Assembly: GCA_963779505.1 (NCBI GenBank)
Contig: CAVZYK010000017.1
Span: 108,896 to 172,895, forward strand
DNA: 64,000 nt
Reading direction: 5' to 3'
Origin: an uncultured Actinomycetes bacterium
GTDB taxonomy: Bacteria > Actinomycetota > Thermoleophilia > Gaiellales > Gaiellaceae
Positions 47,304 to 56,766 of this stretch are shown here, piece after piece; position 1 is the first letter of the stretch; every line of letters begins with the position of its first letter. The notes beneath the pieces are model-generated. The model had not been told where the DNA came from. It saw only the letters and a list, made by a program, of their open reading frames with translations, and did no database searches. The position numbers were made by a program, and so were the translations under genes.

Positions 47304-47861
47304 GTGTCAGCCGCGCCCGATTGGCCGATCGTCACGGAGCGATTGCTGCTGCGTCCATACGGCGACGGCGACTTCGACGGGCTGTACGCGATCGAGTCGA
47401 GCGACGAGGTCGCGCGGTGGCTGTACAACGACGCGCGCAACGAGGCGGAGACGCGCGACCTGCTCGCGCGCAAGATTCGCGGCGCGGCGTTCGCGGCCGA
47501 AGGCGACTGGCTGAGCACGGCGGTGACGCTGCGCGACGGCGGCGCGCTCGTCGGTGACGTGGCGCTGCAGTGGGTCAGCGAGCTGCACCGCTGCGGGGAG
47601 ATCGGCTTCACGTTCAACCCCGAGCACCAGGGGCGGGGGTATGCGACCGAGGCTGCGCGTGCTCTCCTGCCCTTCGCGTTCGAGACGATGGGCTGGCACC
47701 GGCTGGTCGGGCGCACCGAGGCACGCAACACCGGCTCCGCACGCGTGCTCGAGAAGCTCGGCATGCGGCTCGAGGCGCACCTCGTCGAGAACGAGTGGGT
47801 CAAGGGCGAGTGGCAGAGCGAGCTCGACTACGCGCTGCTGGCCTCGGAGTGGCGGGGGTAG
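47304..47861 (+). CDS. GNAT family N-acetyltransferase (RimJ/RimL-like)
   Basis: TERLLLRPY..GEIGFTFNPEHQGRGYATEAA..W.RLVGRTEARNTGSARVLEKLGM. Confidence 0.85.
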   Translation: MSAAPDWPIVTERLLLRPYGDGDFDGLYAIESSDEVARWLYNDARNEAETRDLLARKIRGAAFAAEGDWLSTAVTLRDGGALVGDVALQWVSELHRCGEIGFTFNPEHQGRGYATEAARALLPFAFETMGWHRLVGRTEARNTGSARVLEKLGMRLEAHLVENEWVKGEWQSELDYALLASEWRG

Positions 47862-47870
47862 GCTCAGGTC

Positions 47871-48275
47871 ATGGCGCCGAAGAACGTTCATCACGTCGGG
47901 ATCGCGGTCGCCGATCTCGACGCGTCGCTGCTGGTCTACGAGGAGCTCTTCGGCGCCCGCCTCGAGCACCGCGAGAGCGTCGAGGACCAGGGCGTCGAGG
48001 CGGCGTCCGTTCGAGTCGGTGAGAGCCGGATCGAGCTGCTCCGTCCGCTCGGGCCCGATACGCCCGTCGGACGGTTCCTCGCGAAGCGCGGCCCCGGCAT
48101 GCACCACGTCGCGTTCGAGGTCGACGATGTCGGCGCCGAGCTCGTCCGGCTACGGGCCGAGGGCGCCCAGCTGATCGACGACTCGCCGCGTCGCGGGCTC
48201 TTCGGGCTGCAGGTCGCGTTCGTCCACCCGGAGGCGACCGGCGGCGTTCTGGCAGAGTTCGTGAGCGATGACTGA
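47871..48275 (+). CDS. mce: methylmalonyl-CoA epimerase (VOC family)
   Basis: VHHVGIAVADLDASL..RIELL.PLG.DTPVGRFLAKRGPGMHHVAFEVDD..VAFVHP..GGVL.E. Confidence 0.85.
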   Translation: MAPKNVHHVGIAVADLDASLLVYEELFGARLEHRESVEDQGVEAASVRVGESRIELLRPLGPDTPVGRFLAKRGPGMHHVAFEVDDVGAELVRLRAEGAQLIDDSPRRGLFGLQVAFVHPEATGGVLAEFVSDD

Positions 48276-48504
48276 CAACAACGAGCGCATCCGCATCGAG
48301 ATCGCCTTCGACGGCCAGCAGGTGCTGTCCGTGCTGGTGCCCATCTCGACCGCCGAGGATCTCGATCGCGCCCTGGCCGGCGACCACGACAGCGCCTACT
48401 CCTTCGAGGCGGATGACGGCCGCTACACGATCTCGCTGCAGCGGGTCGTCTTCGTCAAGCGCTGGGCCCGCGAGAGCCGGGTCGGTTTCGGCTCCGTCGC
48501 GTAG
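48268..48504 (+). CDS. DUF3107-like small protein (78 aa)
   Basis: IRIEIAF..L.V..S.ED..AL...DDGR..I...RVVFV......RVGFG pattern. 8-nt overlap with mce. Confidence 0.5.
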   Translation: MTDNNERIRIEIAFDGQQVLSVLVPISTAEDLDRALAGDHDSAYSFEADDGRYTISLQRVVFVKRWARESRVGFGSVA

Positions 48505-48547
48505 CGACGTTACGCGCCCCCGCGCGCAGGGCAGCAAACGAGACGAC

Positions 48548-49132
48548 ATGAGCGAGGCGGCAACGCAGAAGAAGGAGAGCGAGACCAAGCGCGTTCGCGC
48601 GCTCGTCGAGCAGGCCCAGAAGGGCGATCGGGGCGCGCTCGAGGAGCTGTACCTGATCCACTTCGACCGGATCTACAGCTACCTGCACGTCAGCGTCGGC
48701 AACCGGCACGACGCCGAGGATCTGACGACGCAGACGTTCCTGAAGATGCTCGAGGCGATCGGCAAGTTCCGCTGGCAGTCCGCGCCGTTCTCGGCGTGGC
48801 TCTTCCGGATCGCCCACAACCTCGCCATGGACCACTTCCGCGCCAACAAGCGCTGGCAGCCGGAGGAGGAGGTGCCCGAGCCCGATCCCGACGAGTCGAC
48901 GTCGGCCGAGCACGGCGCGCTGCAGTCGATCGGGCAGAAGACGATGCTCGACCTGATCGAGGATCTCTCGCCCGAGCAGCAGCAGGTCCTGACGCTCAAG
49001 TTCGTCTTCAACTTCGCGAACGCGGAGGCGGCGACGATCCTCGGCAAGACCGAGGGTGCGATCAAGTCGCTTCAGCATCGCGCGCTCGTCTCGCTGCAGA
49101 AGCAGCTCGAGAAGCGCGAAGCTACGGGTTAG
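48548..49132 (+). CDS. ECF-type sigma-70 family RNA polymerase sigma factor
   Basis: Region 2 (DAEDLTTQTFLKMLEAIGKF..FSAWLFRIAHNLAMDHFR) and region 4 (LSPEQQQVLTLKFVFNF..EAATILGKTEGAIKSLQHRAL). Confidence 0.88.
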   Translation: MSEAATQKKESETKRVRALVEQAQKGDRGALEELYLIHFDRIYSYLHVSVGNRHDAEDLTTQTFLKMLEAIGKFRWQSAPFSAWLFRIAHNLAMDHFRANKRWQPEEEVPEPDPDESTSAEHGALQSIGQKTMLDLIEDLSPEQQQVLTLKFVFNFANAEAATILGKTEGAIKSLQHRALVSLQKQLEKREATG

Positions 49133-49135
49133 AGC

Positions 49136-50191
49136 ATGGCGCTCGAAGTTGGCATCGTCGGCCCGGCCGGCAGCGGGAAGACGTCGCTGTTCACCGCGCT
49201 CACCCGGACCGGCGGCGGCGAGTACGGCAAGACGAACGTCGGCATGGCACCGATCGCCGACGCGCGTCTCGACGCGCTCGCGCAGGTCGTCAGCGCGCGC
49301 AAGATCACGCCGGCGACGATCCGCATCCAGGACGTTCCCGGCGCCGGCGAGGCGCAGCTCGGGAACCTGCGGCAGGTCGATGCGCTGCTCGTCGTCCTCG
49401 CCGGGTTCGGCGCGGGCGCCGACCCGTCCGGCGACCTCGAGACCTTCAAGCTCGAGCTGCTCGTCGCCGACCGCGACCACGTCGAGCGTCGCCTCGAGCG
49501 CGTCGAGAAGCAGGCGAAGTCCGGCGACGCGAAGCTGCGGGCCGAGTTGGAGGAGCTGAAGAAGGTGCTCGCGCACGTCGATGCGGGCGGTGCGCTGATC
49601 GACTACGCCGGCGAGCTGCCGCCGGAGCTCGAGCCGCTGACGACGAAGCCGATGATCGCCGTCGAGAACGGCCCGGGCGGCATCGACCTGAAGCTCGAGG
49701 CGGAGCTGGCCGAGCTGCCGGAGGACGAGGCCGCCGCCTATCGCGACGGCGGCGAGTCCGCGCTCGACGAGATCGCCGGCCGGCTGCGCGACGCGCTCGA
49801 CCTGATCACGTTCTTCACCGCGGGCGAGAAGGAGACGCGCGCCTGGACGCTCCGCCAGGGCGAGACCGCACTCGACGCGGCGGACTCGATCCACTCCGAC
49901 ATCGCGCGCGGGTTCATCCGCTGCGAGGTCGTCGACTGGCAGGACCTCGTCGACGCGGGCTCGCACGCCGAGGTGTCGAAGCAGGGCAAGCAGCGGCTCG
50001 AGGGCAAGACGTACGTCGTCCGAGACGGCGACGTCCTGAACATCCGCTTCAACGTCTGGCGCCCGCGGACGCGCGGTCAGACGCTGATCAGGACGACGCC
50101 CGTCAGCGTCAGCACGATGCCGGTCTTCTGCAGCGGCTCCACGCGCTCGTGCAGGACGGCGGCTGCCAGGAGCACCGTCACGATCGGATAG
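49136..50191 (+). CDS. YchF-like P-loop GTPase/ATPase with a TGS-type C-terminus; the ORF runs about 46 codons past the conserved ..DGDVLNIRFNV end
   Basis: GIVGPAGSGKTSLF, ..ITFFTAGEKETRAWT...G..A..AA..IHSDI.RGFIR.EV and ..GKTYVVRDGDVLNIRFNV. The Arg/Thr-rich tail overlaps the convergent EamA gene. Confidence 0.7.
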   Translation: MALEVGIVGPAGSGKTSLFTALTRTGGGEYGKTNVGMAPIADARLDALAQVVSARKITPATIRIQDVPGAGEAQLGNLRQVDALLVVLAGFGAGADPSGDLETFKLELLVADRDHVERRLERVEKQAKSGDAKLRAELEELKKVLAHVDAGGALIDYAGELPPELEPLTTKPMIAVENGPGGIDLKLEAELAELPEDEAAAYRDGGESALDEIAGRLRDALDLITFFTAGEKETRAWTLRQGETALDAADSIHSDIARGFIRCEVVDWQDLVDAGSHAEVSKQGKQRLEGKTYVVRDGDVLNIRFNVWRPRTRGQTLIRTTPVSVSTMPVFCSGSTRSCRTAAARSTVTIG

Positions 50192-50905
50192 AGCGAGGCA
50201 AGCACCGCGGTCAGGCTGACGAGGCCGCTCGATCGACGATGCGGCGAAGAGCAGGTTGCCGAGCATGTCGCCGAGCCCGACGGCGAGCGCGATTGCGAGG
50301 TGACGCCGGCTCAGCCTGAGGTTCGGTCGCGCCACCGCGACGGCGGAGGCGACGAGCAGGAGGGCCGCGGTGCGGAAGATCAGCGACGCCCACCAGAAGT
50401 CGACCTTGCCTGCCGCATGCATCCACGGGAAGTAGATCCCGAAGCCGAGCGCGGCGAGGAGCGCCAGGCCGACTCCGGCGGCGAGGCGGTGCGAGCCCTC
50501 CTGATGCTCGACCGACGCGAGCGCGACGCCGACGAGCGCGCAGCCCATCCCCACCAGTTGCCAACGCGACGGGTCGTCTCCGGTCGCGATCCCGAAGACG
50601 ACCGGGATCACCGCCGACGCACCGGCGATCGGCGCCACGACGCTCATCGCGCCGATCTGCATGCCGCGGTAGTACGCGAACAGGCCGAGCGTCCCGCCGA
50701 TCGCGGCCGCGACCGCGAAGAGGACGCCCCAGCCCGCCGGCCCTTCGCCGCGAATCGCGACGACGATCGCGATCCCGGCGAGCCCGCCGACCTGCCCCCA
50801 GAACATGATCCGGAGGAGACCGAGCGTCCGGCTCAACAGCGGGCCGACGAAGTCTGCGACTCCCCAGGCGAGGCTCGCGCCGAGCGCGAGGAGCAGCGGC
50901 GTCAA
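50077..50905 (-). pseudogene. EamA/DMT family transporter, one +1 frame break near 50230
   Basis: MTPLLLALGASLAWGVADFVG.. with 8 TM helices in one frame, then ..GLVSLTAVLASLYPIVTVLLAAAVLHERVEPLQKTGIVLTLTGVVLISV* in the next frame. Confidence 0.75.
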
Positions 50906-51714
50906 TCGACCTTGCGCGTCGCTGCGACGGCGTCGAGCTGATTCGCGTGGTAGAGCACGGACGCCTCCGCCGTTCGCGCCGCGCGCGCGTCGTGATGCGA
51001 CGCGACGCAGTGCAGGAGCTCCGCGCGCTGACCCGCGGTCAGCCCCTCCGAGCGCTCCTCGATCAGCCGCAGCCCGAGGTGGACGTGGCCGAGCAGGCGG
51101 CCCTCGTCGGTGAGCGCGAAACCAGGCCCCGGCCCGAGCTCGAGCGTGCGGCCGACGTCGTGCAGCAACGCCGCCGCGAGCAGCAGATCCGGGCGCAGAC
51201 GCGGGTGAAGCTGCGTCGTCTCCCGCGCCAGCGTCGCCACACCCACGGTGTGCTCGAGCAGGCCGCCCGCGTACGAGTGGTGATCGTCGGGCGTCGCCGG
51301 CCAGGCAGCGAGGTCGCGGTCGGCGAGCACGGCGCGCACGGTCGCGGCAAGCCCGGGATGCGCGAGCTCCGAGACGAGAAAATCGAGAAAGCCGCGCAGC
51401 TCGTCCGCGTCGCGCCGCAACGCCGGCGTCAGCGACGTCGGGTCGACGTCGCTCGCCTCGAGCGACCGCACGTCGAGCTGCAGCCGGTCGCGGAACTTCT
51501 CCACGCGGCCGAGCACGCGCACCGCGTCACCCTCGGTGAAGCGCCCGTCCAGCAGCTCGACGTCGTTCCACACGCGTGCCTCGATGCGGCCCGTCGGGTC
51601 GACCAGCTCGAGCGCGAGGTACGCCGCGCCGGACTTCGTGCGCAGCTTGCGCTTCGTCCGCACCGCGTAGACCGCCTCGACGACCCGATCCTCTGCGAGC
51701 TCGGCGATCGTCAC
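50902..51714 (-). CDS. OB-fold plus HD-domain 3'-5' exoribonuclease YhaM-like protein
   Basis: OB-fold N-terminus (..YLALELVDPTGRIEARVWND..) and HD domain (SYAGGLLEHT..AALLHDVGR). Confidence 0.7.
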   Translation of the reverse strand: MTIAELAEDRVVEAVYAVRTKRKLRTKSGAAYLALELVDPTGRIEARVWNDVELLDGRFTEGDAVRVLGRVEKFRDRLQLDVRSLEASDVDPTSLTPALRRDADELRGFLDFLVSELAHPGLAATVRAVLADRDLAAWPATPDDHHSYAGGLLEHTVGVATLARETTQLHPRLRPDLLLAAALLHDVGRTLELGPGPGFALTDEGRLLGHVHLGLRLIEERSEGLTAGQRAELLHCVASHHDARAARTAEASVLYHANQLDAVAATRKVD

Positions 51715-51723
51715 GGGAGCAGT

Positions 51724-52446
51724 CTACGGCCGGGCCCAGATGCGGAAACCCTCCGCGTCGCGCCCCTCGGCGATCTCGTCGAGCACGGCGGCCGCCTCCT
51801 TGCGCCGCCAGCCGAAGGGCGCCGCCAGGTCGGCCGCGGTCAGCTCGCCGGCGTGCGCGAGCACGAGCCCGGCGAGCTCCCTGCGCGCGTCGGCGAGCGG
51901 GGGCAGCGTCGCCGGGAGCGGCCACTTGCGCGCGAGCAGCTCGTGTGCGATCGCGCCCCACGGGCCGTCCTGCTCGACGAGGTGGGACGTCGTCAGGACG
52001 AGCTGCCGGTGCAGCGACGCGACCGCCTTGTCGACGTCCTTCTTCGCCGCGCCGGTGACAGCCCGCAGCTCGGGGCCTGTCGCAGGCCCTCCCTCCTCGA
52101 TCATCGCGACGACCTCCGCCTCGAGGCCCTCCGGCGCTGCATCCGCTCGCGAGGCGACGAGCGTCGGGAGGAGGCGCGGCGCGATGCACGCCGAGACCCG
52201 CGCGAGGTGCTTGCCGACGCACGCGAGCCCGGCCGCCGGCAGATCGTCCTTCGCGCCCCAGAGGAACGACATCGGCTCACTCCAGCGGACGAAGCCGCCG
52301 TCGGGATCGCGGATCGCCCAGTTCTGCTCGGGACTGCCGTTGACCTGTTCCCAGAGCGACGGCAGGACGAGGTCGGCCTTCGGGAAGACGAGTGCGAGGC
52401 CGGCCCGGTCGATCCACGCTGCCGCTTCTTCCAGGCTCCGCACCAC
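51724..52446 (-). CDS. hypothetical protein (possible winged-helix domain)
   Basis: Intact 240-aa ORF with a GTG start. No catalytic motif recognised. Confidence 0.45.
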   Translation of the reverse strand: MVRSLEEAAAWIDRAGLALVFPKADLVLPSLWEQVNGSPEQNWAIRDPDGGFVRWSEPMSFLWGAKDDLPAAGLACVGKHLARVSACIAPRLLPTLVASRADAAPEGLEAEVVAMIEEGGPATGPELRAVTGAAKKDVDKAVASLHRQLVLTTSHLVEQDGPWGAIAHELLARKWPLPATLPPLADARRELAGLVLAHAGELTAADLAAPFGWRRKEAAAVLDEIAEGRDAEGFRIWARP

Positions 52447-52452
52447 ATGCCC

Positions 52453-52462
52453 AGACTAGGCT
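52453..52462. promoter_or_regulatory. overlapping divergent -10 hexamers (minus TAGTCT on 52453-52458, plus TAGGCT 52457-52462), symmetric around CTAG
   Basis: The spacer between GTG 52446 (minus) and GTG 52469 (plus) is 22 nt. Each hexamer lies exactly 6 nt from its start codon. Confidence 0.5.
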
Positions 52463-52468
52463 GGCGAG

Positions 52469-53494
52469 GTGCCGACCGTCAGGCCCTTCCGAGCGCTTCG
52501 CTACGACCAGGCCAAGGTCGGCCCGCTGGACGCGCTCGTCGCGCCTCCGTACGACGTCATCTCCGACGAGGCGCGGCTCGAATACCTCGAGCGCAGCCCG
52601 TACAACGTCGTTCACCTGACGCTGCCGGACTCCGAGCAGCAGGCCGCCGACGACCTGCGCGCCTGGCGCGAGCAGGGCGTCCTCGTCGAGGCCGAGCCCG
52701 GCGTCTGGTGGGTCGCCCAGGACTATGTCGGCCCCGACGGCGTCGCCCGCACGCGCGAGGGCTTCGCCGCCTCGGTGCCCGTGACGCCGTACTCGGCCGG
52801 CGAGGTGCTGCCGCACGAGCGGACGCACGCCGGCCCGAAGGAGGGCCGCCTGCGCCTGCTGCGCGCCACGCGGACGCAGCTGGAGCCGATCTTCCTGCTC
52901 TACGACGCCGACCCCGTGCTCGCTCGCCCGGACGGCGAGCCGGACCTCGACGTCGAGGAGGGCGGCGTCCGCACGCGTGCCTGGCACGTGCCGAGCGGGG
53001 AGATCACGCTCGACACGCCGCTCCTGATCGCCGACGGCCACCACCGCTACGAGACCGCCGTCGCGTTCCGTGAGGAAGAGCCGAGCGCGACGCACACCTT
53101 CGCGATCCTCGTCTCCGCCCGCGCTCCGGGTGTCGAGATCTTCCCGACGCACCGGCTCGTCGAGGAGCTCGGCGACGTTCCCGGCGAGGAGGTCCCCGTC
53201 CCGGGCGAGGGCGTCACCCTCTACCGCGGCGGCCGCTACACGCACGTCGAGACCGACGACGACTTCGGCCCGCGCGTCGTCGAGTCGTTCGACCCGCGCG
53301 GCGTCTCCTACACCGCGTACGCGAACGAGGCGGTCGCTGCCGTCGACCGCGGCGACGCCGCGGCGGCGTTCCTGCTCCAACCGGTGACCGTCGAGCAGGT
53401 GTCGCGCTTCGCGCATGCCGGCGAGACGATGCCGCAGAAGTCGACGTTCTTCTTCCCGAAGCTCACGTCCGGCCTGCTCTTCCACCCGGTATGA
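52469..53494 (+). CDS. DUF1015 domain-containing protein
   Basis: VRPFRALRYD.....L..LVAPPYDVIS..ER..Y...SPYNVVHL.LP..IADGHHRYETA. Confidence 0.85.
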   Translation: MPTVRPFRALRYDQAKVGPLDALVAPPYDVISDEARLEYLERSPYNVVHLTLPDSEQQAADDLRAWREQGVLVEAEPGVWWVAQDYVGPDGVARTREGFAASVPVTPYSAGEVLPHERTHAGPKEGRLRLLRATRTQLEPIFLLYDADPVLARPDGEPDLDVEEGGVRTRAWHVPSGEITLDTPLLIADGHHRYETAVAFREEEPSATHTFAILVSARAPGVEIFPTHRLVEELGDVPGEEVPVPGEGVTLYRGGRYTHVETDDDFGPRVVESFDPRGVSYTAYANEAVAAVDRGDAAAAFLLQPVTVEQVSRFAHAGETMPQKSTFFFPKLTSGLLFHPV

Positions 53495-54272
53495 CCGACT
53501 GGCACGCGCTCTGCCGCGACGCACGGGACGACGTCGCGCGCGTGCTCGACGAGCTGCCCTGCGCGCCGACCGCGAGCCCGTCGTCGGCGCGGGTGAGGGC
53601 GGCGACGAGACGACGGCGATCGACGCTGCCGCCGAGCGCGTGATCCTCGAGCGCTTCCGCGGTGAGGACGTGCGCATCGTCAGCGAGGAGGTCGGTGTCG
53701 AGGGCGCCGGGCGGTGGACGGTCGTCGTCGACCCGATCGACGGCTCGCTGAACGCGAAGCGCGGCATCCCGTTCTTCTCGATCTCGATCGCGGTCGCCGA
53801 CGGCGACACGATGGACGACGTCGTCTTCGGCTACGTCTTCGACTTCGGCACCGGCGAAGAGTGGACGGCGACGCGCGGCGGCGGCGCACGACTGAACGGC
53901 GCGCCGATCGTCGAGCGCCCGAAGGACGAGCTGGAGATCCTCTCCTTCGAGGCGACGACGACGGCCTACGTCTCGGAGAACGCCGCTCGGTTCGACGGTG
54001 TCGCGCACCGCCTGCGCGTGATGGGGTCGCTTGCGATCACGCTCTGCCACCTCGCTGCCGGACGGGTTGACGGCGTCGTCTCGCTGAAGGCGGCACGGTC
54101 GGTCGACATCGCCGCTGCGCAGCTGCTCGTCCGCGAGCAGGGCCTCGCGATCGACCTGCCCGACGAGCCGCCGTTCGGCAGCGCGCCGCTCGACCTGGTC
54201 GGGCGTTCACGCGTCGTCGCTGCGGGCAATGAGGAGCTGTGCCGCCAGCTGGCGGACGCGCTCACCCGGTAG
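53491..54272 (+). pseudogene. inositol monophosphatase family protein, one -1 frame break near 53559
   Basis: MTDWHALCRDARDDVARVLDELP, then LRADREPVVGAGEGGDETTAIDAAAE..IVSEE..WTVVVDPIDGSLN..GS.A..LC.LAAGR.DG in ORF 53415-54272. The junction is at ctg ccc tgc. Confidence 0.8.
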
Positions 54273-54297
54273 ACCTCGGCCCGCTACCCTCGGCTTG

Positions 54298-55359
54298 GTG
54301 GCGACGCACGAGGAGATCCTGCAGGCGCTCGGCCGGGTGATCGACCCGGAGCTGCGCAAGCCCGTGACCGAGCTCGGCATGGTTCGCGACGTGCGGATCG
54401 ACGGCAGCGCAGTGACCGTCACGATCGCGCTGACGGTCGTCGGCTGCCCGCTCCGCTCGAGCTTCGAGGACCAGGTGCAGGAGCACGTCGCGTCATTGCC
54501 CGGTGTCGACTCGGTGTCGCTCGAGTTCGACGTCATGTCGCCCGACGAGCGGGCGGCGCTGACGACACAGCTGCGCGGCGGCGCGGAGGTGCGCGGCGTC
54601 CAGCTGCCGGCGACCACGCGCGTGCTGGCGATCGCCTCCGGCAAGGGTGGCGTCGGCAAGTCGACGGTGACCGTCAACATCGCCGCTGCGCTCGCCGCGC
54701 GCGGGCACGAGGTCGGGATCCTCGACGCCGACATCTACGGCCACTCGATCCCGCACATGCTCGGCATCGACCAGAAGCCCGTCGTCGTCGACAAGATGAT
54801 CATCCCGCCGGTCGCGCACGACCTGAAGCTGATGTCGATCGGGTTCTTCCTCGACGACAACCAGCCCGTCATGTGGCGCGGGCCGATGCTGCACCGAGCG
54901 TTCGAGCAGTTCCTGCAGGACGTGCACTGGGGCGATCTCGACGTGCTCGTCGTCGACATGCCGCCCGGCACGGGCGACGTCTCGATCTCGCTCGGCCAGC
55001 TCCTCCCGCGCGCGGAGACCGTCGTCGTCACGACGCCGCAGCCGCTCGCGCAGGAGGTCGCCTCGCGCGCCGCGACGATGGCCCAGAAGACGGGGCTCCG
55101 CGTCGCGGGTGTCGTCGAGAACATGACGTCGGATGTGTTCGGCTCGGGCGGCGGCGAGAGCCTCGCGCGCGAGCTGGGCGTTCCACTGCTCGGCCAGATC
55201 GGCCTCGACGTCGCGCTGCGCGAGTCGGGCGACGCCGGCGTGCCGCTCGTCGTCAGCGACCCGGCGAACGACGCGGCCCGGGCGATCTCGGAGATCGCGG
55301 CACTGATCGACGAGAGCCGCGTCGGCGGGTTCACGCGCACGCTGCCGCTCGTCTCCTGA
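54298..55359 (+). CDS. Mrp/NBP35 family Fe-S cluster carrier ATPase with an N-terminal DUF59 domain
   Basis: ILQALGRVIDPEL.KPVTELGMV..V.I.LT..GCP, then AIASGKGGVGKSTV..DADIYG.S.P..WG.LD.LVVDMPPGTGD. Confidence 0.9.
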   Translation: MATHEEILQALGRVIDPELRKPVTELGMVRDVRIDGSAVTVTIALTVVGCPLRSSFEDQVQEHVASLPGVDSVSLEFDVMSPDERAALTTQLRGGAEVRGVQLPATTRVLAIASGKGGVGKSTVTVNIAAALAARGHEVGILDADIYGHSIPHMLGIDQKPVVVDKMIIPPVAHDLKLMSIGFFLDDNQPVMWRGPMLHRAFEQFLQDVHWGDLDVLVVDMPPGTGDVSISLGQLLPRAETVVVTTPQPLAQEVASRAATMAQKTGLRVAGVVENMTSDVFGSGGGESLARELGVPLLGQIGLDVALRESGDAGVPLVVSDPANDAARAISEIAALIDESRVGGFTRTLPLVS

Positions 55360-55361
55360 GC

Positions 55362-56033
55362 GTGCAGTCCGCAGCGTTCTTCGACCTCGACCGCACGTTG
55401 ATCAGGCGGTCGTCCGTGCTCGCGCTCGCGCCGTCGTTCCGCGCGCGCGGCCTCATCTCACGGATCGACCTGGCGAAGTCGGCGTTCTGGCAGCTCCTCT
55501 TCGCCGCCCGCGGCGCGAGCGCCGAGCGGGTGCGCTCCGCCGCCGAGGACGGCATGAAGATCCTCGCCGGGTTCTCGGTCGAGGAGATGCAGGCACTCGT
55601 CGGCGATGCGATGGAGCCGGTCCTGCGCCCGCTCGTCTACGCAGAGCCGTTGCACCTCGTCCGGCACCATCGCGAACGAGGCGAGCGCGTCTACATCGTG
55701 TCGGCGACGCTGCAGGAGATCGTCGATCACATCGCGGACGACCTCGGCTTCGACGGTGCGATCGGCTCGACCTGCGAGATCGTCGACGGCCGGTACACGG
55801 GCCGCTCGCTGCGGGCTGCGCACGGCGAAGGGAAGGCGCGCGCCCTGCGCGACCTCGCCGGGGTCGACGGGCTCGATCTCGAGTCCTCGACTGCGTACTC
55901 GGACTCGTACAGCGACGTGCCGTTCCTCGAGGCGGTCGGCCACCCCGTCGCAGTCAACCCCGACCGGCGGTTGAGGTCGATCGCGCGCGCCCGCGCGTGG
56001 CCGACGATCCGCTTCAGCGGCCGTGCAGCCTGA
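55362..56033 (+). CDS. HAD-IB family hydrolase (SerB-like)
   Basis: AAFFDLDRTLI (motif I), ..YIVSATLQEIV and ..YSDSYSDVPFLEAVGHPVAVNPD. Confidence 0.85.
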   Translation: MQSAAFFDLDRTLIRRSSVLALAPSFRARGLISRIDLAKSAFWQLLFAARGASAERVRSAAEDGMKILAGFSVEEMQALVGDAMEPVLRPLVYAEPLHLVRHHRERGERVYIVSATLQEIVDHIADDLGFDGAIGSTCEIVDGRYTGRSLRAAHGEGKARALRDLAGVDGLDLESSTAYSDSYSDVPFLEAVGHPVAVNPDRRLRSIARARAWPTIRFSGRAA

Positions 56034-56766
56034 GGAAGCGCGCCCGCGCCTGGCGGCGCTCGGCTTCGCGCCCGCCGACGTCGAGACCCTCGCAGAGCAC
56101 TTCCTCGATGCGGAACGCCGCGGCCTGCGCGGTCACGGCCTGTCGCGGATCGAGTGGCTCGAGACCTGGGACGAGTTGCCGGTCGCGGCTTCGCCGTCCT
56201 GCGTCACCGACGAGCCGGGCTACCAGCGCTGGGACGGTGGGGGCGCCCTCGGGTACCTGACGCTGGCCGCTGTCGTCGAGGCTCAGCTCTCGTCACCGCC
56301 GGCTCACGCACGCGTCGTCGTCTGCAGCAGCACGTTCCCGACCGGCTCGCTCGGCTACTGGGTGCGGAAGCTCGCGGACGGCGGGCTCGTCGCGCTCATG
56401 ACCGCGACCTCGCCGCGGCGGTTGCCGCCGCCGGCCGGCGGGCCGCCGCTCGCAGGCACGAACCCGCTTGCGATCGCCGTGCCGTCGAGTGACGGCAAGC
56501 CGATCGTCGCGGACGTTTCCATGGGCGCCGTCACGTACGGCGAGGTGTTGTCGGGCCACGCACGACCCGAGGAGCTCGTGCCGTTCGGCGGCGAGCTCGC
56601 GCACAAGTCGTTCGCGCTCGCGATCGGCTTGCACGCGGTCGTGGACGCGCTCGTCCCGACGGAGGGCTTCGGCGCAGTGCTCGTCGTTGCGCAGCCCGAG
56701 GCCGACCCGGTGCCCGCGCTGCGCACGCTCGCGCAGGGCGCACGCCTGCCGGGCGACCGCCGTTAG
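56023..56766 (+). CDS. Ldh_2 family (malate/L-lactate dehydrogenase type 2) oxidoreductase-like protein, short
   Basis: ..AERRGLRGHGLSRI..GALGYL..TNPLAIAVP..DVSMGAV. At 247 aa it is shorter than I expect for this family. Confidence 0.55.
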   Translation: MQPEEARPRLAALGFAPADVETLAEHFLDAERRGLRGHGLSRIEWLETWDELPVAASPSCVTDEPGYQRWDGGGALGYLTLAAVVEAQLSSPPAHARVVVCSSTFPTGSLGYWVRKLADGGLVALMTATSPRRLPPPAGGPPLAGTNPLAIAVPSSDGKPIVADVSMGAVTYGEVLSGHARPEELVPFGGELAHKSFALAIGLHAVVDALVPTEGFGAVLVVAQPEADPVPALRTLAQGARLPGDRR

